Of a DNA stretch of 64,000 bases, positions 23,601 through 35,900 are shown one piece after another. Position 1 is the first letter of the stretch. Each line of letters begins with the position of its first letter. The position numbers and the translations under genes are program-made. Origin of the DNA: Lytechinus pictus (taxonomy: Eukaryota); assembly GCF_037042905.1 (NCBI RefSeq), contig NC_087246.1, forward strand, positions 17,360,001 to 17,424,000, given 5' to 3'. Under the pieces are notes generated by a model, which was not told where the DNA came from, searched no databases, and saw only the letters and a program-made list of their open reading frames with translations.

Positions 23601-26150
23601 CTTCGCTCCCTCGCTTTTATACATCGTGACTAATTTACACTTTTTTGCCCCATTATAAAAAATGAATAAATAAATTAAATAAAGAAATAAATAAAGAAAA
23701 AAAAAGAGAAAGAAATGATAAATAAATAAAATCCTGACGATCGCTGGGGTAGTGGTACATGCAATTATTATTGCCTTTTGATTGGAATGGGTGTATGGTC
23801 TAATGTATAGCTCCACAGCTCTTGGTTTCCTTGGATTGAAGTGTTAGTGTCCTTAGATGACTTTAAGGTGTTATTCGCATATTTTTTTGTTAAGTTTCTT
23901 TCAATTAAATGCCTTTTTGATGCTATTTATTGGTATAACCATTTCTCAAGTAAGTCCATGGTATAACTTACTGTGCATGACCTTACAATATTAGTTTCCT
24001 TAAATCAAAGGGATTGTCCTCAGGAGAAGCGCCTTTTGATTTTGGTTTCCTTAAAATAAAGTGCTTGTCATTCAATATATCATTTTCACCCATTATAAAT
24101 ATGAAAACTTTTTTATACAAATAAACTAATCTAGCGTCGAAACCTTACTAAACAAAAAGAGAGTAATGAAATCGAATAGAATTTACTTTTGGTGTATAAT
24201 AACCATGTAATTTTACACAGTCATGACGGATGAAAAACCAAGGTTATACAGCTGTTAGATATTCCGCCATGGACCCATTCATAAATAATGACAGAGTTCA
24301 ATTCACTTCTGCGTAGCTAGGGGTGGATCCAGGATTTCATGGAAAACGATGCCAAGAAATTTTACGACAACCAGAAATTAGTTTTCACTTCCCCAAATTG
24401 CTTGATCAAAATCTAAAACCCCTAACAAGCCCCCCCCCCAAAAAAAAAAAAATGCTGACGGCTTTGAAAAGCACAAAGGGGGTTCTGACAATTTTGAGAT
24501 AAAGGGGGAAGAAGGGGCGTGCCCCACCCCCTCCCGACCCAATCCATCGATCTGCCACTACCTTTTAAACGGATGTTAGGACTCGCATTCTACACAATCC
24601 ATTTCCGTTATGTAGGTAACAAATCTAGAAACATTGAATTCTCTCTGCGTAATTGTCCTATTAATCTACCCTCTTTTCAAGGTTCCAGTTAACAACTCCA
24701 TATATATTTTAGGAGTTGTGCTCGTTTCTACTTTTAGAAGGACTTTGTGTTTGATCATTTGACTTTCCCAATGTATCAGATCATGACAATGAAACTATTG
24801 ATTAGTCTATATATCTCTCTCCACCTTTTTATCTAATAATTGATTGATATGGTAGCCCATGCATCAACGAAATTTAATAATAAAGATTATTTGATTTGGT
24901 AATATCTGACAATGCCATACGTGGATACTTTTACGATTAGTTTCGCTTAATCCACCTCAGAAATCACCAGAAAAAGCCTGTAAAGTACATATTGAATCAT
25001 TTTTTCCCCAGTGGTTATCAAATGGGCTAATAGCAATTCACTTGAGGATCCAGAAAAGCTTTCACATTTTACACATAACAGGTGCATTATCTGAGTTTTT
25101 ATATTTATTTTATGGGCCTAAATTTAAAAAAAAAAATCTACATCTGCTCCCGTGGGTTGCTATTCCGAATGATGTATAATGGAGTCTGATAGCTTATTTT
25201 ATATTGTTTTCAATTCGATTCTTACTGCATAAAAAGTTGACGGTGAAAGTGACTTTCAAGGAGTTCTTGAGAGGAATGTAATTGGATATTACGACAGCTT
25301 ATGCGCCAGAATCCCAAAGGAGAGTGTGCAACTTGATGAAAAGTGCAAGACCCTCTTGTAAAAAGAAAGAAAAAATATTTTCCCAGTGAGCATGAACACT
25401 AATCCGTCAACTATGTTTTGTGTGCAATGATAGATTTTAGTTTTATCTGAATAACTCTGGTTGTGATTGAATACGTTCTTTTCATTGTTTATGTCATTTG
25501 TATTAAAAAAAAATCTGATCGGATTGGATACCGAACTGCTGTTAGACGGAAGGGGTAGAAGGGGTTGGGATATTGCACATCATTAAAAGCGATGTCATAA
25601 TCGATTCAGCGTCGTCGTCGTCATCATCATCATTATTATTTTGCAGATATGTGTATAACAAAAATCATTTTAGAAACAAACTGACAAATAACTGTTAACT
25701 ACATGTATGTTTCTCCCCCCTCACTTTCTCTTCCCCCTATCTATTCTCCCTATTCCATACCTCCCTTTTGACATCTCCATTCTCTCTCTCTCTCTCTCCC
25801 TTCTTTCTCTAATCGTTTTTGCCTCTTCCCATTTTCCCCATGACCCCTTCTCTTTATCTCATTATATATTTCTTTCCCATCTCTACAATCTCTTTTAATC
25901 TGTGCCCCCCCCCCCTCCTTACCCTCTGTGTAGATTCCGTGATTGTTTGCTGAGAGTGAATACCAGTGTATCTCGTTCGGTTGGAGATGCTTACTTCAAC
26001 CTTCTAGGATGCGCCTGCTTCAACATCAAAGAAGAAGAGGAATGCATCTCTAGATCGTGGTGGCCATGGAATGCTTGCTCGAGGTATCAACAGATTAAAC
26101 GAGCCATCGTCAACTTTATTGGACCAGTACTCGATTTCATAACTATGTAA
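20672..26150 (+). CDS. Group III secretory phospholipase A2 (bee-venom/PLA2G3-like), paralog 1, 3 exons
   Basis: Exons 20672-21483, 23393-23542, 25934-26150 (phase-2 GT-AG introns). Signal peptide, long pro-region, RERR|SIFIVPGTLWCGAG (Ca loop), DMCCREHDHC (catalytic His-Asp), LSDCRCD, FRDCL, VGDAYFN, CxxxxWWxxxxC. Confidence 0.92.
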
Positions 26151-26391
26151 TGAATACTGATGTAAAAGTAAAGAAAAACCATGCCAAATCCTTTCGTCCA
26201 CTCCTTTCCCAAGCAAAGTGAACACCAGACACAGGTTTCTCTGGTGCCGCCCCGATGTGCCGCCTGCATACTCTCTTGTAATAGAAGCTTGAATATTTTG
26301 ACGAAATAAAAATGAAAAAAACAAACAAACAAACAAAAAAACATGGTTTTACAATGAATTGCAAAACCATGGTAATTTGGAAGCACTTATA

Positions 26392-26673
26392 CACTGTTAG
26401 AAAATTTATCCTTAAAATAAAAGAAGTTCCTGCAGCAGAGTCTCGAGAACACCTGTAATCTTACCAGATTGCGTAATCTTACAGGAAATTGGTATTTGGT
26501 GTATGGAACATTACAAATTTCCTTTAATAAAACACCCTTTTCCCCTTTTTAAACAGACCTGTTCTGTTAAATTGCAGAAAAATTCCTGTTTTATGAATTT
26601 ACAGAATGATTCTCTTATTGCTTTCTGCAAAATCTTCTTTTTCCCCCTGTAAAATCAGGTTTTTTTAACAGTG
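26392..26673. mobile_element. CACTG...CAGTG MITE (EnSpm/CACTA-like, TA flanks)
   Basis: TA|CACTGTTAGAAA...TTTTTAACAGTG|TA. Confidence 0.7.
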
Positions 26674-27258
26674 TAGGCCTACAGTTCTTTTACAGTGGTT
26701 TTGAACGGGATTTTATTGTGGTAAAAATCACAATGAAACCGTTTCACCCATGTTACTGTGGTATAAGATTATGTTTAAAAAATAACAATTCAAATGCACA
26801 GTTAATTCATGATGGATTAAACCATATTGGCCATGGCATAAAAAAACATACACTTCCCTTAGTTTTGATATGGCTATTATATGGGAAAATCGAAGTGATT
26901 TCTTTTTACAAGCGGGTTTGATAATGACAATGATCGGTAAAAAAGTAATTTGTAGTAATAGATAGATATATAGTAATAGATCAAACAATGATAAAATTAG
27001 TGGTGGTAGTAGGAGTGTCAGCGACATGTTGGCATCAGTGGTAGAATGGCGTTGCTATATGATCATATTGTTATTATTGTCTATTTCTAAACCATTGGGG
27101 GAATTGGCTAGATGTTGTGAAACGATATTTCATTCAGAGCTATTTATAAATTATGATAAATTCTTGACTAATCATTTTAATAAAAATAACCTTCATGTTT
27201 CGCATGTTCTCACATGCTCCTCCTTGCTTCCATTGCTTCAATGTTTGTTTCTTGTGTG

Positions 27259-28394
27259 CAGTGGCGTAACTACGGGGGGCATGGGGGGCACGTGCCCCCC
27301 CCCCCCAATCGGCTGACCAAAAAAAACGGGGAAAAGGAGAAAAAGACGGAGAAAGAAAGAGAAACGAAGTGGGAGAGAAGAACTTTTTATTCATTATAAT
27401 TTTATATCATAATTATGTTATGTTACATTACATAATAAACATTTTTATCATAACTTTATGAAACATAATTTTCTCAGGGCCTATGTCTTCATTGTTCTTG
27501 GTGCTTGCATTGTCTGTTTAATATGATATATAATCCTGTTGTACTAAAACCTCCCGTTTTCAAGTCAATATACACCAAATATATTTCCTCGCACTTCGAG
27601 TTATTATTGTTTTATGTAGTAACATATGCTTCTTTTTCATGACTACTTAAAGTGATTGCCCCATGTTAAGGTCTTAATATAAAACATTTCTTGTCCGTGA
27701 TTACGTTCGCATTAGTGGATTGGTGAGATATGTCTGCTCTCCATGAATATGGATCAGTCCTTGAAATGTCCCTTTTTTTCTGATGTGAATATCAAATTTT
27801 CAGCTCGCGCTTCGCGCTCGCATCACTTGATTAGTGAAATACGTATGGTCTTCGTGAATTCCTACAAACAAACCTTAAAATGCCCCTCTTCAGGTCTGAA
27901 TTATCTAAATTTTCAGCTCACGCTTCGCGCTCGCAATGTTTGATTAGTGAGATGCGTATGATATTCATGATTCATGACTACAAGTGCTTCATGTGTTTAG
28001 ATGTAATTCTAACAAAATCAGCAAGCGCTTGGCACTCGCATTAGATGACTATCATGACTATGGTTAGATATGTATACTCTTTATGGATTCCTAAAATATA
28101 GTCCTTAATATCTCCTTGTTTGGTGTCAATTTATACAAAAATTTCAGCTCGCGCTTCGCGCTCGCATCGTTTAGCGAGACAGGTACAAAAATTTGATTAT
28201 AATGTCCCTTTTTAGGTCTGAATATCAAAATTTTCAGCTCGCGCTTCGCACTCGCATTATTTGATTAGTGAGATACATATCCGTTTAAAATGTCTCTATT
28301 AAGTCAGTATACCTGGCAACTGAGCGCGCTCACGAAGTGACTCAAAATTTTTGCTGGTGCCCCCCCCCATGCCGTGACCCACGGTACGCCACTG
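27259..28394 (+). mobile_element. hAT-like MITE (CAGTGGCGTA...TACGCCACTG) with internal GCTCGCGCTTCGCGCTCGC repeats
   Basis: 10-bp TIR; 8-bp TSD CTTGTGTG/CTTGGGTG (7/8). Followed by (GT)n at ~28400-28433. Confidence 0.8.
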
Positions 28395-28399
28395 CTTGG

Positions 28400-28431
<32 letters not shown>

Positions 28432-31400
28432 GTGAGCAGGGGCGAATCCAGGATTTTCCAAGAGGTCGATTGGTCGTTCAAGTTCTATGATTTGTATTCC
28501 TTTTGCCCGAAATAACCTAAATAAACAAAATAAAGACTAAATTTCCTCTTGACTTATTTCCTTTCCCAAGGACACGTCTGACCAGTATAAGAGAAATGCA
28601 TATTGATGATTGTATATCAGCGTCATTCATTATTCATTGTGTGAATTTGTGTCAAACTGTATAGTGAAAATGATGGGAGAGAGAAAAACAAAACAACGGA
28701 AAATATTCTAAATATAAGGGGAGAGCGCAGTTTAAAGGGAAACGAGATGGAGCGACCGAGCGAGGGATAGAGAGAGGGGGGCAGGGGCGTTGGGAGGGTA
28801 TGGGCCTGGGCAAGACGAGGTGACGTCATTTTTCGTCAATTCAATAAGAATATTGTACATAGAATTTCACAACCCAGAACTCTCTCTCTGACACTCTTCT
28901 TCCTTTCTTATTTCTCCTATATTTTTTCATATCCCGTTTTTTCAGTACTGTTGAATGGTATCATTTTTTTTTCATTTACCGGTTCAAAAAAAAAACTCAC
29001 GAAAATATAAAGAGCTCTTATAACAAAACCTTTTATGTAATATAATGTCAACCTGCAAACTGAAACAAAGCAACATTGGTTGATTATAGAATGATAAAAT
29101 GAAATTTGGTTACGGCACATTTTGTTTGTAGAGTGGGATAGAAAATCAATATCAGAAAGATCGATGTGATAGGAAGTATACATTTAGGAATTATGCCCCC
29201 CCCCAAAAAAAAAAAAAAAAAAAAAAAACGACTCCCAACCCATGCCGAAATCATAACAAAACAAATACGAGTTGCCAAAATATTAACCCGGTCAGGAAAC
29301 AAAAAACATATCGGAAGCAAACTGGAGCAAGATAACCGATTTTGTGAATTAATATTTTTTGTGTGTATCTTTTTCCTCTGTAAGAGCAGCTCAAGTTTCC
29401 TGCCCTGTTGGGAGTGGTGTGTTAAACCTGACTTTATTTATAAATAATATAATATGTAGGCCTTTCTGTCAACTTTTATGTGATAATAATAATAATTGTT
29501 GCTCTAGAGCAGAATTAACAAATCTCCGGTCACGTTTTGGTTTCTTCTTGATTAGGGCAAGGCCATTTTCATTCACGATTTATTTTGGTCAACGTATACT
29601 ATACAGAATAGACCATCCCTTTTGTGTTGTTTCACAAGTGACCCGCTACACCAAGCTTAGCGATTGATCGCACTTTTCTTCTACAATTAATTGCACATAA
29701 TGATGATGAACACATTCAATCGTAAAAAATGGCCGTACGATCAAAGGTAAAGCGTTGTGTTACAGGGTCAAAGTATACCACGGTAAAGGTGTTTGGGTCG
29801 TATTATAACCCATTCAAACAAGGTCACGTTTCTCATTCATAAAAAAAGGATTTCAAAATATGGCTTTTATATAATTTCCATTGTACATTACTAAATTGCC
29901 AAGTATCACAATCAAGCAGATGTCAAACGTCTGGGTCGCGGGTAAGATTATGAAAACGTCGAGCCCTTGCAATCACGTGAGTGGATGCCATAATAATAAT
30001 ACTATTATAAAGACTCGTAATCAATCACTCAAAGTTAAATTTAGGATTTTAGTAGTGCAATATAAACTTAACTTCAGGTTTAATATCTTCATTTCTCAAA
30101 CCTCATTTTATGACTTAATATAGCAGGACCCTGGGAACGATTTTCAAATAGGGGGTGCTGGGGTTTTTTTTCAGAAAAAAATAAGTAAAAAAATATATAG
30201 GCCTACATTTCACTGCATGATGATGGAGACTTTGGTAAAGAAAATTTGGACAAGAAAAAAAAAGAAGAAAAAGAAGGGGGGGGGGGTTACTTCTCCCAAA
30301 TCTCCGTCACTGGGGAGCAATACCCCCCCCCTTTTAATTTTTTTTTTTTTTTTTTGCTTGTCAACCTGATTTCCAGGGGGTGCTGTTTATGGTAAATGGG
30401 GGAGTGCTTCAGCACCTCAGCAGCACCCCTGCTTTCCGAGGGCCATATAATATGAGTGCCTTTTTTAGAGGATTACTCGGGGGATTCGTAAGAGGAATCT
30501 TCATTTAACATTTATCTTCTGCTTAATAATGATCTGTTTACCATATCCCATAACCTTTGTTTGCGAGGCCGTCATGCCTTAATTCAAGTATAATAATGAA
30601 TCCTTCGTTTACAATATTGGATGAAGCAACGAACCAGTTCATTTGAAATTACTCTTTCCATGTATTAAAAACAATTGTTCGCTGCATGAACTTTTATTGA
30701 GTGCATAATTTTTGTACAACATTATCATTCATAAATGCAGAACTATAAAAGAACCAAAGAAACAAAGGAATTAAAATTCTGACCCTCTGCATGGAAAACC
30801 CCCTCTTTCGATGAAATGACGGACAATGTATATATGAATATTTTCTTTGATTACAATCGGACTGTAAATGTTGTGAATGGGGGTGCGAGTAGGGTCCATG
30901 GTTTGCGTAGGAGCGTAATCAGCAGCGGATGGGGTGAATCTCCCCCAACTTTCTTGGTGGGGGTACAATCATCCCCCCAGGTTTCAAGGTGGAAAAATAA
31001 TAATGTAATGAAATTCTTGTGAGGTTTACATGATATAAACTTACTTATTTCATTATCATATTACTTATTGTTATCATAATCATCATTATGCATTATACAA
31101 TGCAATTAAGTCATGAAAATAAGTATGATTTTTTTTCTCTCTCGCATCGCTCTCTCAAAAAAAAAAAGAGGTAGGTGGTTCCATAGTACACACTCACACA
31201 TGATTATGATAATACCCATACACACACTGACGTAGAGATTGGGGCATCCAGACATGGTAGCTCACTGAGTACTGTTATCGAGTGTCCGCCTCTTATCCAT
31301 TTCAGAAACTCGCTGGTCCGGACCAGACCGGGTTAATTAAGTCATAAAATTTTGAGTTTATGAATGGCGCGGGCTAAAATAGCCCGCGCTAGGGTTGGGC

Positions 31401-32252
31401 TATTTTGATGCTGCTTTTATCAGCACCAGTCCAGCGCCAGGCCCGCCGACCAAAGAGTTTATGAACGATATATTATATATAGCAGGACCAGGACAAGGCC
31501 AAAATATACACGGCGTGATCAGTTACCATAACAGTTATCATATTTATGTGCCCGAGAGTTTGAATTGGTGATCGCAATTTTTATTGTGTGATGAGGCACC
31601 ATGCACGCAATAAAAAGAATTGGTGCGGACTATTTTAGTGTGGGTCATGTAATGGTGCCGACCAAAACTCATGAGTTAGTGAAAGGGGTATCCCTTTCCC
31701 AAAGCTAACATAGAGGGCATTTGACTCCCAAGCCCTATAATCCAATGCCAATCCGCAGGTTTGTTATACTGCAGTTTTGTTGATCCGCAAGTTTTTTTTA
31801 AAATCATCAATCATAGCTCTGCTTTTTATGTAGGTTCCTTCATATTTCACTTTTATTTTCTGCCATTGTCATAATCGTCTGTATTCTGTATGCATCAAAT
31901 GTATTTCTTGTTTTATGTTATTATATTTTGTTGTGAAGTATGAAAATAAATTCAATTCAATCATGTGGGATTGCCCATTGGAAAATGAAATGAAATTGAT
32001 TCAAACCGTTAGACGAAAGGTTTTATTTAGTTTCTATATACATTGTTCTTTAATAAATAATTACATAATAAAACGTTACCATCCCAGAGATCTAAGTGCT
32101 ATTATGTGCTGCATTGTGCGTTTATCCATGACTTCTTAAATAATAATGTGATTGATACTACCACCATTACAGCAACAGAACTACCACTAAATACTAAAAA
32201 CACTCACCTATAAGCCTATTCCAAATGTACCGCTGCTGCTACTACCTCTACT

Positions 32253-32487
32253 NNNNNNNNNNNNNNNNNNNNNNNNNNNNNNNNNNNNNNNNNNNNNNNN
32301 NNNNNNNNNNNNNNNNNNNNNNNNNNNNNNNNNNNNNNNNNNNNNNNNNNNNNNNNNNNNNNNNNNNNNNNNNNNNNNNNNNNNNNNNNNNNNNNNNNNN
32401 NNNNNNNNNNNNNNNNNNNNNNNNNNNNNNNNNNNNNNNNNNNNNNNNNNNNNNNNNNNNNNNNNNNNNNNNNNNNNNNNNNNNNNN
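32253..32487. other. Assembly gap (235 N) within a (CTA)n-like microsatellite
   Basis: N run flanked by CTACTAC repeats. Confidence 0.98.
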
Positions 32488-32967
32488 CTACTACTACTTT
32501 TATAGAACTACAAGTATATAGCACTACATGAAGTAATGGTAACCACTACTTCATGTAGTGCTAATTAGGTAACCTATCACCATTGCCAGTTGCCGTTCAC
32601 ATTCCAAACTTAATTTGAAAATCAATTTTCTATGATTGTTTCATTCATGATTATAAACAAAACCTCTAAGAAAAAGGTAAATAATTACTATAATAACAAT
32701 GGGGTGTGGTGATCAGAAAAAAATGTGCCTCCAAACCCTGATGAAACACCGTGAATACAATATCCATCATCGGATTCAAAAAAGTTTATCAGGGAAAAGC
32801 ACCATCTGCATGATCTCTATTCTTTTACGATCAAAACTGAAGGTTTCTACAGATCAATATTTCCCTTGCGTAGATTGCTGCGGTTTTGATTCTCCCCAAA
32901 ACAAACGTCAAATGAAGCCGAACTATTCCACAAACACGGAATGATCGATTCTCATCAAATTTGAATT

Positions 32968-35900
32968 TCACGGTTCTTCCTTCCGATATTTCTTCCTCAT
33001 TCCACCCGATCTATTCATCTTCAGTGACTTTGGGAAAGACTGAGCTTCACGTAACAAGGCCGTAGGTCTCTTTTCATACCGATTGCACTTTCCCCACCAT
33101 TCCTTCTCCACACACTGTTTCTTCTGGCGAACAACGAAGCATTTAGAACGTAGGATGTTGAAATACCAATTACCAACGTCATACGAAACAGCATTGCGTA
33201 CCTGACGAAGGCATTTGTGAAATCTGTAAAGATTATTCAAAGAATATAAACATAAATTATTAAGTGATATGTGCACCTATCTACACACAGGGGAAAAATA
33301 ATTCACAAACATCGAAGGCGAAGTCCACCCAAAAGTAATTTTGATTTTAATACAATATGTAAGCCTACATCATAGAGATGGCCTACATTTATCTAAATAA
33401 GCAAAACATTCAGTAATTTTGAATTAAATGTAGAATAGGAAATTCCCAAATAAAGTAGGATAGCATATAAAACATCATAGGGTTCTTCAAGAAAGCCGTT
33501 AATTCTGAGAGAGAAGAAACAGTGCCCCCCCCCCACTTTTTGAAGCACTGAAAAAAGCCCCTTTTACGCAAGAAAAATGCCCCCTATATCGAACGTGTAT
33601 TGTGCCCCTTTAACCTGAGGAGGACCAGTTTTAGGTGTTACCAAGTGCCCTTTGTCGTATAAGGGCCAATTTTTACCCCCAAAAATCCCCTTCTCGAACG
33701 TGTTCTGTGCGCCTTGCACCTGAGAAGGACGCGTTTTATGTGTTAGAGAGAGCCATTTCTCGTATTAGTGCCCTTCTATACACAAGAAAAGTGCCCCTCA
33801 CGAACGTGTTCTTTCTGTGCCCCTTTCACCTGAGAAGGACCCGTTTTATGTGTGAGGGTGTGTGAGCAAGTACCCCCTTGCCTTCTTGTAAGTGCTCTTT
33901 CTCGAATTAGTGCCCCTTTTTACACAAGAAAAAGTGCCCCTCGTGAACGTGTTCTTTGCCCCTTTCATACCTGAGAAGGACCCGTTTTATGTGTTAACGA
34001 GTGCCCCTTTGCCTTTTCATATAGGCGCCTGTTCTTCGTCAAATAATTTGTCCTAAACTCTTTTCGTGCCCGATGAGCGCCCGGTTTTTTTTTGTTTAGC
34101 GTTCTGCTTCCTTCTGCAAGTGTATCCTTTAATCGCATAATCCCTTTCAAAATAATGATTTGCCCCATTTGCTATACGTCTTTTTCTTTTGATAATGAAA
34201 TTCATCTCCTTTAACCTGTAATTAAATGCCCTAATTTAAGAAACAAGAACACAATATTCTCATTTATATGTTCCTACTTATGAAGAAAAAAAAACTTGTA
34301 AGAATAATCCTAAGTGCCTTAAATTTCATGAGTCATGTGAGTGGGGTATAGATCATTAAGTAATTTTTCTTTGTTTTAAGATAGTGACATTTTCAAAAGA
34401 AAATGTGCCCTTTTTCCCTGTACCCCCCACTTTCAACTCCGCCGCCCCTGTCTATATCATTGATAAATATGGACGCAAAAATATGTTTGAAGGCATTAGC
34501 GAATAGGATAATTAATGTTTCAGATGGAATAATTGACAAAGATCAATTTGCATTACAACGCAAAACGTATACATGACGTATATCATTTTCTCAGGACTGA
34601 ACAGAAAACAGCTAGGATTCATTGCTTCAGTAGATTGCGTTTGATTCGCTAGACCATGGAGTAGGTCCATGGCTAGACCAAGAAGATTTTATGACTGGAG
34701 TTCCAACAGGTAACAAATTTATTCAAGCAGCTGTTCATTTCTAAAGAAGCACAAATTAAAGAAAGAACGGCAGTCAGTTTCAGTGAAAAAAATCAGAGGA
34801 GTGAAACTTTACGAATATCCATTTGTATCAATTTTCCATCTTTCATATTAAACTGAAATTTGAATGGATTACAAGACATCAATAACCAAGCACTATTACG
34901 CCGAGATATTTGCCCAGATTATATCAATTAACCTTAAATTAGTGAAAAAAGTAAGAATTTGACCTTTACTGAAACCAGATTTTAACACTTTTCCGATCGT
35001 TTGCGGCGAATGAAAGTAGCGCGTTTTCGCCCAGCGTCGAACGACGTAGAACGTAAGGGTCGTGTGCAAAAATCGCCAACTTCCATGGAAACAGAGGCCC
35101 GAGCGTTCTTGAGCTCAAATCACGGACGGTTCTTCCGCAAATTAGCGGGCGTCCGCATTAGAACGTAGGATTTGTCAACAGCCGTCAACAGCCAATCAGA
35201 TCGCTTGTAGAGCGAGCAAGCTGAGCCGATGTAAACACATTCGCCCATCGCGTGCATGCGGGCGCGGGATTTTCCCTAGTGGTGGTGACGTCATGCAGTC
35301 TACGTACTTCCGGTCGATCCGGCCGCGTTCAGCGATTTGCGAAACTGCTTACAAGCGAGAGTTGAGCGCGACGGACGCACGAACCAAGAGATCGTTCTAC
35401 GTCGTAGATAGCGTCGTACGACGCTGGGCGAAAACGCGCTAATGTCAAATGTGGTCGGTGGAATATTGTTATTCATTATTGTATATGCCAGATGAGTGCC
35501 CGTACATGCCCAGTCGAGTAAATTTGAGTCATATTTCAGGACATATTGCAGAGTTTATTTTTGCATGCCTCCGAATTATGTACTACACATATAACCAGAC
35601 CAAGATGCAGCAAAAAAGTAATTATTATCACAATAGCATATTTATATATGACCTATAGCTGCGGAGTCATGCGGGAATCATTTTGTCTACACAATTGCAA
35701 GAAATGTTGAGCAAAGTGCATGCCTGACATACTTTCTGCAGGCGGTTTTTAACCTTGTTCAAAGGGATTTTATTTGCTGTTACTCCATCTCATTTGAAAC
35801 CTCATTGGCTGGACCATGCATATTTATTTGAATGCTTTAATTCGTTTGGGTTAGGTGCATCCTTTATCAGGTGGGTTAAAGCTCTGTATAAAAATTTAGA

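Noticed and set aside
32216-32524. ORFs spanning the N run
   Set aside because: Artefacts of the assembly gap.
33555-34020. CRISPR-like repeat array (also 6300-7090, 27790-28330)
   Set aside because: Eukaryotic context; degenerate tandem units inside MITEs, with no unique spacers and no cas genes.
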